A stretch of 64,000 nt of DNA, taken from positions 1-64,000 of the forward strand of contig DF236990.1 of assembly GCA_000708835.1 (NCBI GenBank). The letters run 5' to 3'. The stretch comes from Klebsormidium nitens. Its lineage: Eukaryota > Plantae > Klebsormidiophyceae. The position numbers were made by a program, and so were the translations under genes. The notes below the pieces were generated by a model. The model worked only from the letters and a program-made list of their open reading frames with translations. It was not told the origin of the DNA and did not search any database. Position 1 is the first letter of the stretch, and every line of letters starts with the position of its first letter. Positions 24,801 through 38,012 of this stretch are shown piece by piece.

Positions 24801-27800
24801 TTGAGTGCCATCGGGATGCCTCTTAGCGAGCGCTTTCGCTTGAAGAGGGCGTCTAAATGCGTCGCTCAGCGGCGGCCTCTTCGCAGATTAATCTGTCCTT
24901 GTGTCGTCAAGACTTTAATCACGTGGTACCGAATTTAGCGATCCCGAATTGGGCATACCGGCTATCTGGTTGCCTGTGGTTTAAGGGTCACACGACGCCC
25001 CTTTGAGGGTTCAATTTCGAAACTAAATTGAAGTCTTAGGCGCGAGGTCTGGGCGATGAAAAGGCGTGGGCTGAAACTCATCGGATTGGACCAGATGGTA
25101 TGCTCCTGCCTCGTTCTTCGCCCATGCTGATCAACCAAAATAACGTCTCGAAGCCGGCAGCTTTCATCCGCCAAGATCAATGAGGGTTTACACCCTTCCC
25201 TTTTCTTGACAATCTTGCCTTCAAGTCATCCCAAACCATCAGCATTAACAAACGTGGCCGTGTGGCATTTTGCCTATCTGCAGGATCTTCTGCGAAGTAG
25301 AGGCAGTGCAGCAGCCGTGGAGCCTCGCGAAGGCGCCACGTCAGCCCGCCAGCCCAGCCGTCCGATACACCCAAGACGAGATCGCACGGCGGTTGGCCGT
25401 TGAGGACGAGAACCAGCGCCTACGTCAGCACATCAGAGAACTGAGCGCGCGCGTTGGGGGCGCGGGAGACGAGAGGGCTGCAGCGCTCGCGGACGAGAGC
25501 GAGCGCTTACGTCAGCAGGTGACGTCACTTGAGGAGGCGCTCGAGGAGGCGCGGCGGGCGCACGCGCGAACGGCGGAGCAGACGGAGATCAGCGTCCGGA
25601 GAGAGGTGAGTCCTTTCACCTCCTGTTACATGATGTCTCTGAGATGGATCTTCGTTGCAATGCCTTCTTATCATGATAAGTCGACTCCCTGCTTAGAGAA
25701 ACATGCGAGATATGCTACTACATTTTATTCCCGCCTTCAGCCGTTATGTCAGTGTCATTTAAACTGGTCAACTTCGTTTTGTTCAGTCAACTTTTATGCA
25801 GTGTAACCATATCAAAGCCCTTAGACCACTTCGAAATGCCGTCCCTATCAACACAAATTTTAGATGCTGCGACCTCATCAAAATAGATCTCGATCACATT
25901 GGCTGACCGATTTTCAAGCCGAGCAGGATGGATAGTGAACTCTCTTCGACAATCTCCGCAGGTCGTTGCGGAGTTCAAGGCCGCCCTCGAAGCGCGGAAG
26001 ACCGTTGAGGACGCCAAGCTCGCGCGCGCGATTGAGGCCGAGCAGCGCAAGTACGAGCGGCAGCTCGCGCGGCTCCAGGAGGAGTTCACACGCGCGGGCG
26101 CGCAGGCGACGCCTCCGAGCGCGCGCGCGCGCCGATCAAGCGCGGGGCGCTTGGCTTACGAGTCCGCGGGAAGAACGGACGGCCGACTCTCTTTAGAGGG
26201 GGCAGAGACTGGTGGAACAAGCCGTGTGGAACTTGACGGGGAAAGAGAAGAGGATTCGGTTCTGCCGGGTGATGGCTTGACCCTACGTCTAGAACCGGAA
26301 CCAACTGAACTAACGGAACCTCTCGCCTCTGATCTGGACGCCGAGTCGGATGGCGAAGTCAGTCAGCGGACGGTCCGGCGTTCGGACGGAACCTCAGATG
26401 GGGCAACCGAACCGTTACCGGAGGAGGAACCGTTAGCGCCCAACAACAAACTAGAGCGGGACGAACAAACGGAGGCTCTGGCGGTGTGGCAAGAGCGGTG
26501 CCGTCAGCTCGAAGAAACGGTCGCAGCGCTTCAGAGGAGTGCATCGACGGCTGAGATACATGAGGATAGACAACGGGAGGTAGCGGAGGGCCACGTGGCA
26601 GAGTGTGACGTCACTGGAGATGGAGACACGGAAGAGCTCCCTGCGTCGCCGCCTCACGAAGAAGAGGGCGGGGGAGAGGGTGACGTAATTGCGGGTGGGG
26701 GCAAGAGCGAGGTTGGGAGGACGTCAGCGGAAAGGCGGGCGAAGGAGGAGCGAACTAGAAGAGGGAAAGAAAACGGAGAGGAGAACGGAGGAGAGTTGGA
26801 GGCGCTGAGAGAGGAGATGGACGCAAGAGAGGCACGGCATTCGGACGAGATGCGCGAGGTAAATAGACTCACGAACGTGATGCTCTTTGGAGGTTTTCAT
26901 CCGGTCCTTTGGGCTCTCAGTTATGGGCTTGGGTGTGATCTTTGAGCGCCTCTGCAATTCTTAAGACGTTGGATGGAGGAGAATCATGCTGACAGGCGAG
27001 CCGGAGAAAGGGGTCATTTTGACACTGCTTCTGAAGAGATCTCAGACAATCTCGACAAAGGTTCGGATCACGCTTGGATCTTCGATTTCTGCCCGTTCCT
27101 GGTTGTTTTAATTGGAAAGGTCAGCTTTGTTGTGCAAGATCTTCGCACTGAAAGCGTTGTGGATCATCTCGTGGCTGGAAGTGGGCACCACTGGTAAGTA
27201 CCGACATTCGCTTTGGTAGAAGAACTTTCGTTTCTGAGAAGTAATCATGTTTTACAGGTACGCAGCCGCTAATGCCATAACGTATCCCTCTTCACAGGCG
27301 CAGGCGACGGTCGCCGCTTTGCAAGAGCGGATAGGCCCCCTCCAAGAGCGTATTGCGGAGCTGGAGTACGCTATCAAGCAGAACGAGGCGCACTGCGCCG
27401 CGGTGCACCGCGTCGAGTCTGACGTGGCGTCCGAGCGCGCGGCTGACGTCATCGAAACGATGCGCGCGGACCTGCAGAAAGGGTTCGAGGAGGATCTCAA
27501 CGAAGTGCGGAAACGGTTCGAGGAAGATAGGCAGATACTCGAGATGGGTCGAGAGGAAGAGAGCGCGCAGGCGGAGACGGACGCGCAGTCGCTGCGGATG
27601 GAGATCCAAGTGAGGAGAATCAAGAATCCAGTCTCCAATATATTGAGGGGTTTTGACTGTTGTTTTACGGTGTCTTGACGGGGATTTCGGGGGTTTGGAG
27701 TGTTTTGTTGGACGTCCCTGGAAGTCAGTTTGGATAACAAAATTCGTAAGAGGGCGCCAGCAACCTCGTAGGTTTGTTGCAGATTGTTTTTCCACTCCCT

Positions 27801-30800
27801 GAGGCCTTTCAGACTTCTGGCCGCTACGATCCTCAGGCGTATCGACAATCATATTATAATTCGTGTTTACTTCTTAACGGTTGCTTGGGAGTCCTCTCGC
27901 AGCTTGACCTTCCAGCAATATCCTCTAAGCGATACGAGTCAAAGCAGAAGAGAGACGGACATGACCAATTGGGGCTGTGGTTTAGGGTCACCATCACTAT
28001 CAATCAGTCCCGCTCAAACGCATTCTACAATACTCGACAAAACTCGTACTTCTTCTTGCAGATGCTAGAGGACCAACTCGAGCGCCAACGAGAGGAGACG
28101 GACAAGCTCAACGCTCGCTACCAAAACCTCCTCAGCCGCGTCAACTCCAGTCCGCCCAAATCTCCAAAGCCCCGCGCAACACTCGGGTTCGCTTTACCCG
28201 GGCCCTGTGCCAGCCCCCCCCGCCAGTTTCCCAGCCCGAAAATGAGCGCCCCGTCCGAAAACAGGGCCTTAAGTCTCACGGCTCCCTCCCCGGGGTTCTC
28301 CTCGCCGCTCGGGAGAGCAATCTCGGCCGCTGTGAATAAGCACCCTGCGCTGGAGGCTGTTCACACCGGTCCCGTCGGACAGCCCGCAGAGCCAGTTGGG
28401 CTGGGGCTGATAGCGCAGGAGGCGCAGTGTGAAGAGGCGCTCGGGATGGAGTCCCCCACTCGGCGGAGCATGCTCAGGAGCCCGTTCACACTGCTACTTA
28501 ACAGCCCGATTAAGAGCCCCGGGTTAGGCAGCCCAAGCCTGATTACCCGGAGTCCTTCCTTCGCGTTCCTTGCGGCCAATCGGAGCTTTCTACCGACCCC
28601 CCAGCTTCAGAACGGAGCGCATTTACACTGCCAATTGGCCGGGGGGGGAAACGGCGACAAAGGAGAAAGGCGCGGCCTGCGAGAAGCTAAGGAAGAAGTG
28701 GGGGGGTCGCCTGCTTTCAACCGGGAGAGATCAACCGGTGGCAAGCGCGGGGGTTCCGCTTCTGGAGACGAACGGGCCAGAGCAAGGGTCTCTTTTGCGG
28801 CGGAAGAAACAAAAGTGGCGAGAGAAAGTAGAGAAGGTGGGCTTGGCGACCGGAGAGCGGAACTAGAGCGACGAGATAGTGAGGAAATGGATTGCCGAAT
28901 GTCCTCCGGAACTCTGCTGGCGGAGCCCGGAATCACCCTCGCCGGAGAGGAGCCGCAAAGAATCGGCGACTGCCCAAGTGGCACTTCGAAGGCGTCGCTT
29001 CGTAAGCTGCCACGTGTTACCTTTTCACAGGCGGAGGGGCTTACTAGCGCGGAGGAGAGAGACAGCCGCACCCCACCATTGGAGAGAGATGAGTTTCGGA
29101 AGGGGGGGACAATAATCCCGTCAAATTCACCCGATTTCTGCCCCCTGGAGAATGCAGACGACTTTCCGGCCGTCAGCCCGGCGTCCGAAGCCCCTGAAAT
29201 CCAATCTCCATTGCCCCCGGTTCAATCCTCCGAGCAGTCACGAGAGACCGCGTTCTTTGCATTCTCTCTGCGAGCCACGACGCCGGAAGTGTTCAAGAGC
29301 GTTTCGCCAGGGCTGGCCGGGGTTAACAACCGGTCACCTTTCCATACCAGCCCGGCGGACGTCCCTAACCCAGCGCTAACCCGGTCTTCTTTCCAAGCCA
29401 CTCGTGCGGACGACCCTAAGCGCGTCTCTCCGGTTCCGAACGGGGATTCTGACCAGGGTTTAGCCTCGGAACCCGAAAGTCAGATGCAAGATCAAAGCGG
29501 GCGGGCCAGAGCGATGCCGTTCCCCAGCAGAGATTCTCCGGACGCGGGTCAGGAACCCGGGGTTAGCGAAACCAATCGGGTAAATGGACCGGTAGTTTTA
29601 ACCGAGCAAGAAGAGGACCCTGCTGACCTCATTCAGCGGCTGCCGCCATTCGAGCGGGGGAGGCAGAGGCGGGCGGCCCTATTCACACCGTTGAGGCCCG
29701 TGCCAAAACTCCCCGAGGATGGAGCCAGTGTGAACGAGGGCGATGGGGTTAAAGAAGAGGACGGGTGTTGTGGGGCCGGTGTAAAGGGAAAGCGGGTGAA
29801 CCGGGGACCTATTGGGCAACTGCTTGAGGTGGGTTTTCTTCCGAGTAATGTAACCTATCCCCCTTGAAGGAAATTGCTGGTCAGTGGTTCCATTCCAAGT
29901 CACTGGAAACAGGGGTTGCTTTTCAGAACTCACGAGCTGTAGATTAAGGTCTCTTCTTGACGGTTGTGAACCAGCACTTCGCGCTCAGCAAAAGGACGAC
30001 TTTTGGTCGCAGCATCTTCCTGGGGATTCTTGGCGACGAAGACTTCTTCTTTTTGAATTCAGCGTAGGTAGCACAAACACATACGATTTGAAAACAGACG
30101 ACGACATTAGCTTCCGGCTAGTGCTTCGCTCGTCGAAGCTTTCGGACGATGGCCCCGTTTTCACATTTCCAGGAAACGGTTGGCGTTCCGCTGCCGTCGC
30201 TCTTGGACGCGGTCGGCGGACAGCGGAGCGAGCGACTGCGCGAGCTGGTTGCGCAGCAAGGAGGCGCGCTGGACATAGCGCACTATCAGCAGACTCAGGG
30301 CCTGCGGCTGTCTGCCGACAAGCAAATTTGTTTGCGGTGAGTGCGGGCCTTCATCTCTGTGCTTCCCACATCTCCCCTCTTTATTGCCTTTTTGGAATGG
30401 CAGATGACTGTTGGATATTTTTCCAACTCGTAATGCAAAGGTTTGAGGTTCTTCCATTGTGGTTTCATGCATTGCATTTATTTAAAACATGCATAGGTTC
30501 GTTGCTTATCTGCCAACGCTAGATCACATCTTTCAAGGGTCTTGGAAAAAACCAAATCAACGTTGAAGAACTGTTGTTGACCCTTCTCTCCTCAAGTCAC
30601 ACTCATTCACTTGTGTCCCATTCCGTGGCAGGTATTGCTTTACGCTTCTGTCCGAGCGATGGCGCGATCCGTCTTCCGGCGCCCTCTTCCCCTTGGAGAA
30701 GCGGAAAGACGCGGCCGCGGAGCGCATTCACACCTTCGGCGCCGTAGTGAGTGCGAAGACGGTCAAGGACGCGGCCGCGCGCGCGCGCGAGGGTTTACGG

Positions 30801-31991
30801 TCCGAGGGTTTCCAGCGGGGCGCCGCACCGTGCCTGGGAAAGGAAAACTCGGACCCGCGGGGGGGTAGAGACAGCGGGGCGCCGGGGGGGGGTGGGAAAC
30901 GTGGCGAAAGGCGCCCGGGTGAAGCGGGTGGAAATGCTGACGCCAAGGCTGAAGCGCCAGACGCGAGCTGCGTCTCGGCGACCGGTCCAAAACACCGGGG
31001 GATCGTCCGAAAAGACGAACGGGAAGCAGCGGGCGCGGGCGAAAAGGCGGCCGGAAACCGGTTCCGATGAGGCTTCCGAAGCGGAATCCAGTTCGGAAGA
31101 GGACGAGTCTGACGAGCAGCTGACGTCACCCCGCTTGCTGACGTCGACGTGCTTCCCCGGAGAGTCTCCGTACGTCCACTCAGGAGCGAAGAAGGTGGTG
31201 CCGATCGGGAGCGTTAACGCCCGTGGGTCGCCGGAAAAGTCGCCGGAAAGTGCCTCCCCCGTGCAGGAAAAGGCGGGGACGATAGCTGAAAGCGGCGACC
31301 TACGGCGACCGGGAAAAGCGCCAGCTGTCCTTGTCGACCTCAGCGCGGAAGGGGAGGAAAGTGACGTGGCAGCGGGGTCGGGTGGCCACGTCGCAGAGCG
31401 GGAGGCTGCAGACGAGGCGCAACCTGCCGAAGCGATTGTGTCGGACGAGTTGCGGGGTTTGGGGGTTTTGGCGATAAGATATGGGGAGCGCATTGCAGAA
31501 AGCGGATTGCCGGGAGGGGATGCGCATAAAGGCAGGGTGAAAGCAACGGCCGGAATGTGAGTTTGGAGGTTGGCAGATTGTGCCGTATCGTGCACACGAC
31601 ATGCGAATCGGGAAGGAAGAATAACGGGCTGTGTGATCAGACAGCACGCGCTTAAATGTATGCTTCGAATCATGGTCGGAATGTGTGTCAATTGAATGTT
31701 GCACAAAACTTGCTGTGTGTTTCAAATGGAAACGCTGAATCAGTTCGTGGTTGACACAGAGGTTGATGCAATTGAATTGCGACTCACGGGTGGCTTTTCA
31801 GGCATTCCCTTCTCAGGAATTTGATGTTTGTGTTCTGCAGTGGGAAGAAGAAGCGGCCCCGTTTACAGCCGATTCAGCGGATTGTCGATTTGGAGGAAGC
31901 CCTCGGAGAGACGGACGGCTCGCCCGTCCGTGACGCGAGACGGACGGTAAGACTCTTGCATCGTCGTACGGACGTTTCTCCTGTTGCTTAA
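18815..31991 (+). CDS. KIN6: Kinesin-6-like motor protein (divergent), ~2190 aa, 14 exons, apparent +1 frameshift in exon 13
   Basis: Exons: 18815-19999, 20565-20716, 21249-21435, 22097-22191, 22807-22930, 23596-23757, 24609-24742, 25284-25605, 25962-26858, 27298-27609, 28062-29828, 30173-30336, 30632-31556, 31841-31991. Motor motifs: VYPKIRP, GFTHVFGPESTQ, P-loop [52 protein letters not shown] and the C-terminal KKKRPRLQP resemble plant kinesin-6. Subfamily call and last exon are less certain. Confidence 0.8.
22400..22835 (+). repeat. ~110-140 bp tandem units in kinesin-6 intron 4, ending in a duplicated acceptor and exon start
   Basis: gctgtcgagcca..gctgatcaagtggga recurs three times. Decoy acceptor TTTGCAG|TCGAAGCCACACAATCTTCTCG at 22668 versus the real TTCTGCAG|TCGAAGCCACGCGATCTTCTCG at 22806. 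Confidence 0.85.
23772..23795 (+). repeat. (TTTG)n microsatellite in a kinesin-6 intron
   Basis: ttttgtttgtttgtttgtttgttt just after the exon 6 donor. Confidence 0.8.
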
Positions 31992-34900
31992 CGTTACCTA
32001 GGACAAGGTGTTGCTTGAACGTCGGTCACAAGAATCGACGTGGACATTTGTTGGTTCCAAGCGGAAGGCTCACACGCGGACGCTCCTTGTTGTCATAGCC
32101 GAATTACTTTTAGCGGTTGTTCCGCGACGAAAGTCGACTTCCCTCTTGAGAGTTTGAAGGCTCTGACGCACCAGCATGAAGCATCTGCCAAGTTTTACTG
32201 CTCGGATGGAGAAATCAAGTTACGCAGGATCAAGACCCACTTCACCGTCGACAAACACCTTCGAACACTTTTGACCATACCTTTGTCACCTCGTGCAGAA
32301 GGTCAGAAAGTTGGGGACTCCCGTGGCAAGGCGCACCCGAAACCACCTGCGGTTTTTCTTGTAGATAGTCTTCCGTGCTAGGTGTCACCTGCACGCCCTC
32401 TTAGAGCTTGAGTCGGCAAACTTATTCCAAGCGGCTCGCTTTGTATTCAGATTGCCCTTGCAATCGGTTGATTGTTTGCGGAGGCCAGATGGATTTCGGC
32501 TCCCGCTTGAGCAAGGCCCACTGCTCCACAATCATGCAGCTCTTATGTTTGAAAGGTGCTTCTTATCAGTCCCGTGGTTGCTTCAATCAAACTTGCACAA
32601 AGAAAGACCACGAGGAATCACGTTGCCGCAAAGTTTTCACGTTTGAAGCAGCGAACGGTTTGGCCGCGGTTGCATGTTCCCGCTGAAATCGAGGTACTTC
32701 ACCCGGCGCAGCCTCTTATGGCGCGGCGCTCTGTCTAATTGCGTGCAGCTGCCCGGGCGGCTGCCTTGATCCGATATCATTGTTATTGACCGGTAATTGG
32801 AGCCATGGCATGTTGCCAAACCTAGAGAGCAGCTGATATAAAGTCTAATCAAGTTGCACTGCACACTGCAATGGTCGCGCCTCGCGTGAAGTGCGATGTA
32901 CATCGCCTGGGCATGCCGTGTAAGGCAATCGTATATACGCTGTCGCCGCCCAGAGCACATGCGGCATCAATTAACCAATCGCTGGTCCGATTGCGATAGC
33001 TCCATGGCCGGGCATGCATATACATGGAAGCCTGGCAGTGCATGCGCCCATGGCGACATCATGACGATCATTGAGCTTCGGACAGCTTCAGTGCAGCGCG
33101 GGACTAGTGCATGTCGATCGATCAGTGAACTTGGCTGCATATATAATACGAATGGCAGAGCCGGAAGCATTACCACTTGCGGTCCCCAAGATAGCGAGAA
33201 TGATTAACTGTGTGATATACTAAGTCAGACACTTGTTCCGACTTCCATGCTTCAATATAATATAGCTCTCAGGCCCGTTGAGGGCATGGTGATCACGTAC
33301 AATTTGAGAATCACGAATGATCCACACATGCCAAGAAGCAGAAACAAACGCGCTGTCATGCTAGCTTATAGTGGCGTCCAAATCAATGTCCTACCGTAGT
33401 ACCGTAGTACTAACTGACTACACTGTAGTTAGTTTGAGTCCTTTCCTGCTGCTTTCTTTTTAGCTTTTTGACTTGCAAACCAAAGCTCTATACTATGGCC
33501 AAGTCCCTAGCCTAGGACTTGGCCGTAGAAACGTGTTCTGCGACTCCCACAAGCTTTGCCCAGTAGCTAGAGCTACCGGGGACTCAGCTACCGCCTTACC
33601 GCATCATTCCGGAGATTTGCTCAAGATTAGCCTAGGCTTGTGACACGCTGATCAGTGGGAAGTTGCAACAGCAGCTGCAAACTTAGCCTGTGCTAATGAT
33701 CACTAGGCCAGCAAGGTCAAAGCCAACAAAACCACTGCACAACCCGGCTCTAGCACATCATCATTTCCTTCTCAGCCGCGAGGAGCTTGAGTCTTCATAC
33801 CTGATCGAGGAGAAGACTCGCAGAAACGTTAAGATGATCCGACGAGCCTTCAAGATGTCAGTGTTCATGAATTGCAGTACGGGATCAGAATGCACGTACG
33901 TCCGAATCCAACCGTCTGCAGGGCGGTAAGCCTAGCTCTGCTGGGCCAGGGGACTCCGGGAGAACTATGCATGCTAGTGCGCTTAATTGCTGTTTGGTTT
34001 TCATGTGTTGTTCTGTGTCAAGGCTTTCTTCAAATGACGCTTGTTCAAATAATCGAGCTGCCAAAAGGCTGCGAGTCTCGATCGCAGGCGATAGAGATCA
34101 TCACTTGGTATTCAGATCGTATATGTAGCACGATCACTGGCATGGGACAATGCGCGAGTACAATGATGTATGTGGCCGGAAGGGGCATACCTACATATAG
34201 GCTGTATGCGATTTGTAAACGGCCTGGTTGCCCTTTTGAGGGACCAACTCAGACCCTGAGAGTCGATATGGTGATTCCTACACCATACGCGTGACCAACT
34301 AGGCAAGTAAGTCGTTATGAAAAGAATGATGTTCTCTTTTCAAACGCCGTAGCCACATGGGCCATAGGCTTCCATGGCATACATGGGAATTGTTTGGGTT
34401 TTGAACGTCTAGCTACCTTACCAAATCAAAGTGCGTACACTGAATTAGTCACCAAACCTAGTCTAACAACAGCTTACCGGATTACAACTAAACTTGCCAG
34501 TGACGTGCTAGTGAAAGCAACCATGACTCCGCTAGCTACTTGTCGCCTCCGGGCAATCTGCTGGAACTAGGATTCGCACTAATTAGCGGGCAACAATCTT
34601 GGTAGGGATGTAGACCGCAGAGAGGCGCAGAAGCAATTGCAGTGTAACATGTTACACTGTGCACCATGCCGACCGTTAAAAAACCCCTGCCCCGTACTTC
34701 ATAGCTTTGGGGATCTTTTCACTGAAGGGGAAAAAGGTACCGACACGATACACATGTACATACACACGTCATGTAACGAATGGCAGAGGCTTGGGCGCAG
34801 GCAAAATTTGAAATCGGAGTGAAACTGGCAGGGGTTTCACGCTCCGAGCAGAGTCAAACGCGAGAGTCTCAATAGTCGTAAGTCCTATCTAAATCGGATT

Positions 34901-35229
34901 GAAAGATGATTGCCAAATGATCGATTTGGCAAGTGATTGAAGAGCCCGTGAAATCAACCAAAGAGTGGCACGAATCGCCAAAAGCTCTGACAATATGAAC
35001 ACTTGGCCACAAACGCTTTCCCAAGCACTTGCCATTGCGTTCCAATCTGGCGGGCTCTATACCAGATCAAAGACGACAACTAATACCTTACCATGCCTGT
35101 AACCTTCTTGCAATCTAGCGGCACTAGCTACTGAAAGGACCGAGCAAACCTGGACCTCAGATGTTCAATGACCACCTTCTGACTAGACAGCACCTACGTA
35201 ACAGTCGCTTTGCCAAGCAAGCAGATGAC

Positions 35230-38012
35230 TTACAACGCACTACTTTGAAGGTATATCCGGTGGACGTCCTTCGAGCTTAGCTTCTTTCGACACGTAGGAC
35301 ACTTCTTCGTGGCCTTGATTGAGTCTAAGATACACCTGCAAGAAATGACAATCAGACTCTTTAGTTATTCCGGCAGCTTGCATTTTGCCAGGAGAAACAT
35401 TCCGAGGCTGCATCAAACACTCTCTTTCCCAATCTGCAAAAGTGATGCTAGTACTCAAACTAGCATGACATGACAGTATGAATAGTGCTAGTACTCATAT
35501 TAGCATGACATGACAGTATGAGTACTTGCACCAAACAGAGCGCAAAAAATTACACCCCGATTGCTGGCACTTGTGATAACAGGAGAGGTGACGTCAACAC
35601 AATGAGAAGCAATCACACCAAGGAAAAAGATGGACACAAAACCCAGCAAAGCTTCTAGCCACATGGCCTGGTTGACTTGAACTGCGAGGCAGGGATCTTA
35701 CTGTTTGCAGAAGATGTGCCCACAGATTGTCGTCGCCTCCTCCTTCATGTTCTCTAGACAGATACTGCACGTGAACTTGACTTCCCGGTCCGGTTTGGGA
35801 GGGGGCTCGACGAAACCTGGCCGAAGCTCAGGGGGCAACGAGGGACTGGGCGTCTCAGTGCGCCGCCTTTTGACACCCTGCAAGAAACATTACGAGTTTC
35901 TCAAAAATCAGTAGAATGTCCACCGGTTGTAAGAGCTGCCGAAGGCACTTCAAGAAAGCACTCCTCTGCGCTGTGGTACAGACTTGGTCCTAAAGCAAGG
36001 CAAGGTAGAAAATTGCCATTCTTGTCATGTTACAAAGCATCAAGAACTGCTGCCCTTTGAATATCAAACCCTTTCAGAACGGAAGTTGAGTGCGGAGCCT
36101 GAAACTTGCTCACCACAAGGTAGGTAAAATCAGGGCTTACCCTCAGTGTGCTGCTGCCGGAGGCCTCATCTAATACAACACAGTCGTCCGTCAGATCTAT
36201 GGAGGCCGCAGGCGCTCTGCCAGACGGGCCGGCGCCAGCTGGCACAGAACCTGCACACATGTCAGCATGGGGTTAAGCACTAACCCGCAGCTGGATAACA
36301 AAAATGATTGGATTGGAACATGGTTTACTGAGGGCGCAACCCAACGTCCCTTCTTAGTATTGCAAAACAGCAGCTTGGACTTATGAGATGAGATGGGAGA
36401 TGAGGTTTGGATTAGGAAACACAGTCACCCAAACCAGCACAGAGCAGCACGGATAGTACGCAATATGCACACAAGGGACACCAGAAACATCATGCCTGGA
36501 CTGGTGCACTATGATGCCGGTTGGGATGCGGCTACAAACCCCAACATGCCCCCTTGGAGCACGTGGCTGACACTAGACTGACGTCACAGGGGATAAGGCT
36601 GGCTGGCGCATGTGATTTAAAGGTGACTGACGTTCCAAAGTCATCCCACAAGAGCCCATCCTTGGTGCTGCAGATTTGTTAGGTGCAAAAAGTTGTACTT
36701 TTTGCAGGTCTCAGTGAATCTGGCCAAATTCTGGCCATGCTTCCAACTCAACTTGCAGCCCTGGGTACTTTGCAAGAGTGTCACGCTGCCGTGCTGACTT
36801 TGGACTTGACCAGAAAAGGTGCAAGGTACTTAGGCACCGCTCGACAAAGCAGACGACATGTTTCAAAACCAGCAGCAAGCTTCAGACCTTATCTATAAAC
36901 CATGCACGAGAAGATGGTCGTCGCAATCTGCTGAGCTCACCCGACCCCCCTGCCTGGCGTGCTGACCACATGCTCTGCTGTTGAGCGTGCAACCGAGCTG
37001 CAATCCGCCTGAAAGCAGCTGGTGCGAGCATCTCAGGATCAAAGCGATGGATGTTTGACGGCATCAAGCCTAGGTTTGAAGGAGTGCGCTGCAGAAGAAA
37101 ACGTGCTCAGATCAGCAGTGCCAAGCGCTTTCATCAGATAAAGTGTTGGTGGATGACCTAGAGCAGCAAAGGACAGATAAACGTACTGCTAAAAGCCTGC
37201 TAAAGGGGGATTCTCAGCTTGTTTGTGAGCTACTTTCGCAGTCGCAGTAAGCCACAAAATGTCCATTCCAGTCTATGTTTAAATCCGATGTCTTTTCGCG
37301 AGAGACATGTTAAAATTTGGTCCTTGGCGCTATCAAGGTTCAAACATATTCACACAGCATTGAGGGGTTAGGGTTTGCTCGTTAAAAGATCCAACAAAAG
37401 CAAGAAATCGTCCTCACAGCATGGTGTAGTCAAAGATAAGACTTCATGACCATTCAAAAGTCCTAGAGCAAGACAACAAGGCACGCTCATGCAGACCTAC
37501 AGAAGGAACATCATTGAGGGGCTCGTGAAAATTGCTCATGCAATGACCTGTCAGCGGCATCACCACAACCAAGACAAGAGACTTCAACCTGACTGTCAAA
37601 CCCTCATCCACCTCTTGAAGCAATCCAGGAGCTGCATGATCATTGAAGCCAGAGCACAGGTCTAGACTCGTTCTCAACCTTCCACACGAGTAGCCAGCAT
37701 GACAACCTAGCCTCAAACTCTTAAGAAAGCCGGATGTAAGTTCCTAAACCAACAAAGACTTGTAGCATCTGCAATTTCAAGACGCCACGGCCAAAGAATG
37801 CTGGCTAATTATTGACCTACCTGTGCCGAGGGGGGACGTGGAGGCCCACTCCGAGCAGAAGAAGCGGGCCTGTCCTCTTCATCATCGTCAGGTAACACAA
37901 TTGGCTGCCAAGGGGCCTTCCCTTCCTGACCCTTGCGCCGTCTCTCGCGCCTTGCTTCCGCCTGCGCACTGTCCCCAGGACCCCTCCAACCGCTGGCTAC
38001 CTCTTCTGTCAT
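35230..38012 (-). CDS. C3HC4 RING E3 ligase with SUMO-interacting motifs (RNF4/STUbL-like), ~243 aa
   Basis: Exons: 38012-37821, 37088-36941, 36250-36141, 35877-35702, 35335-35230. C-terminal RING: FTCSICLENMKEEATTICGHIFCKQCILDSIKATKKCPTCRKKL..RIYL. SIM-like IVLPDDDEED and SIDLTDDCVVLDE. N-terminal exons are less certain. Confidence 0.82.
35446..35521. repeat. 40-bp period direct tandem duplication in the last RING intron
   Basis: tgctagtactcaaactagcatgacatgacagtatga at 35446 and tgctagtactcatattagcatgacatgacagtatga at 35486. Confidence 0.9.

Noticed and set aside
33690-34306. ORFs 33690-33929, 33872-34294 and 34112-34306 with some splice-like signals
   Set aside because: No phase-consistent gene model could be built on either strand, and there is no recognisable domain.
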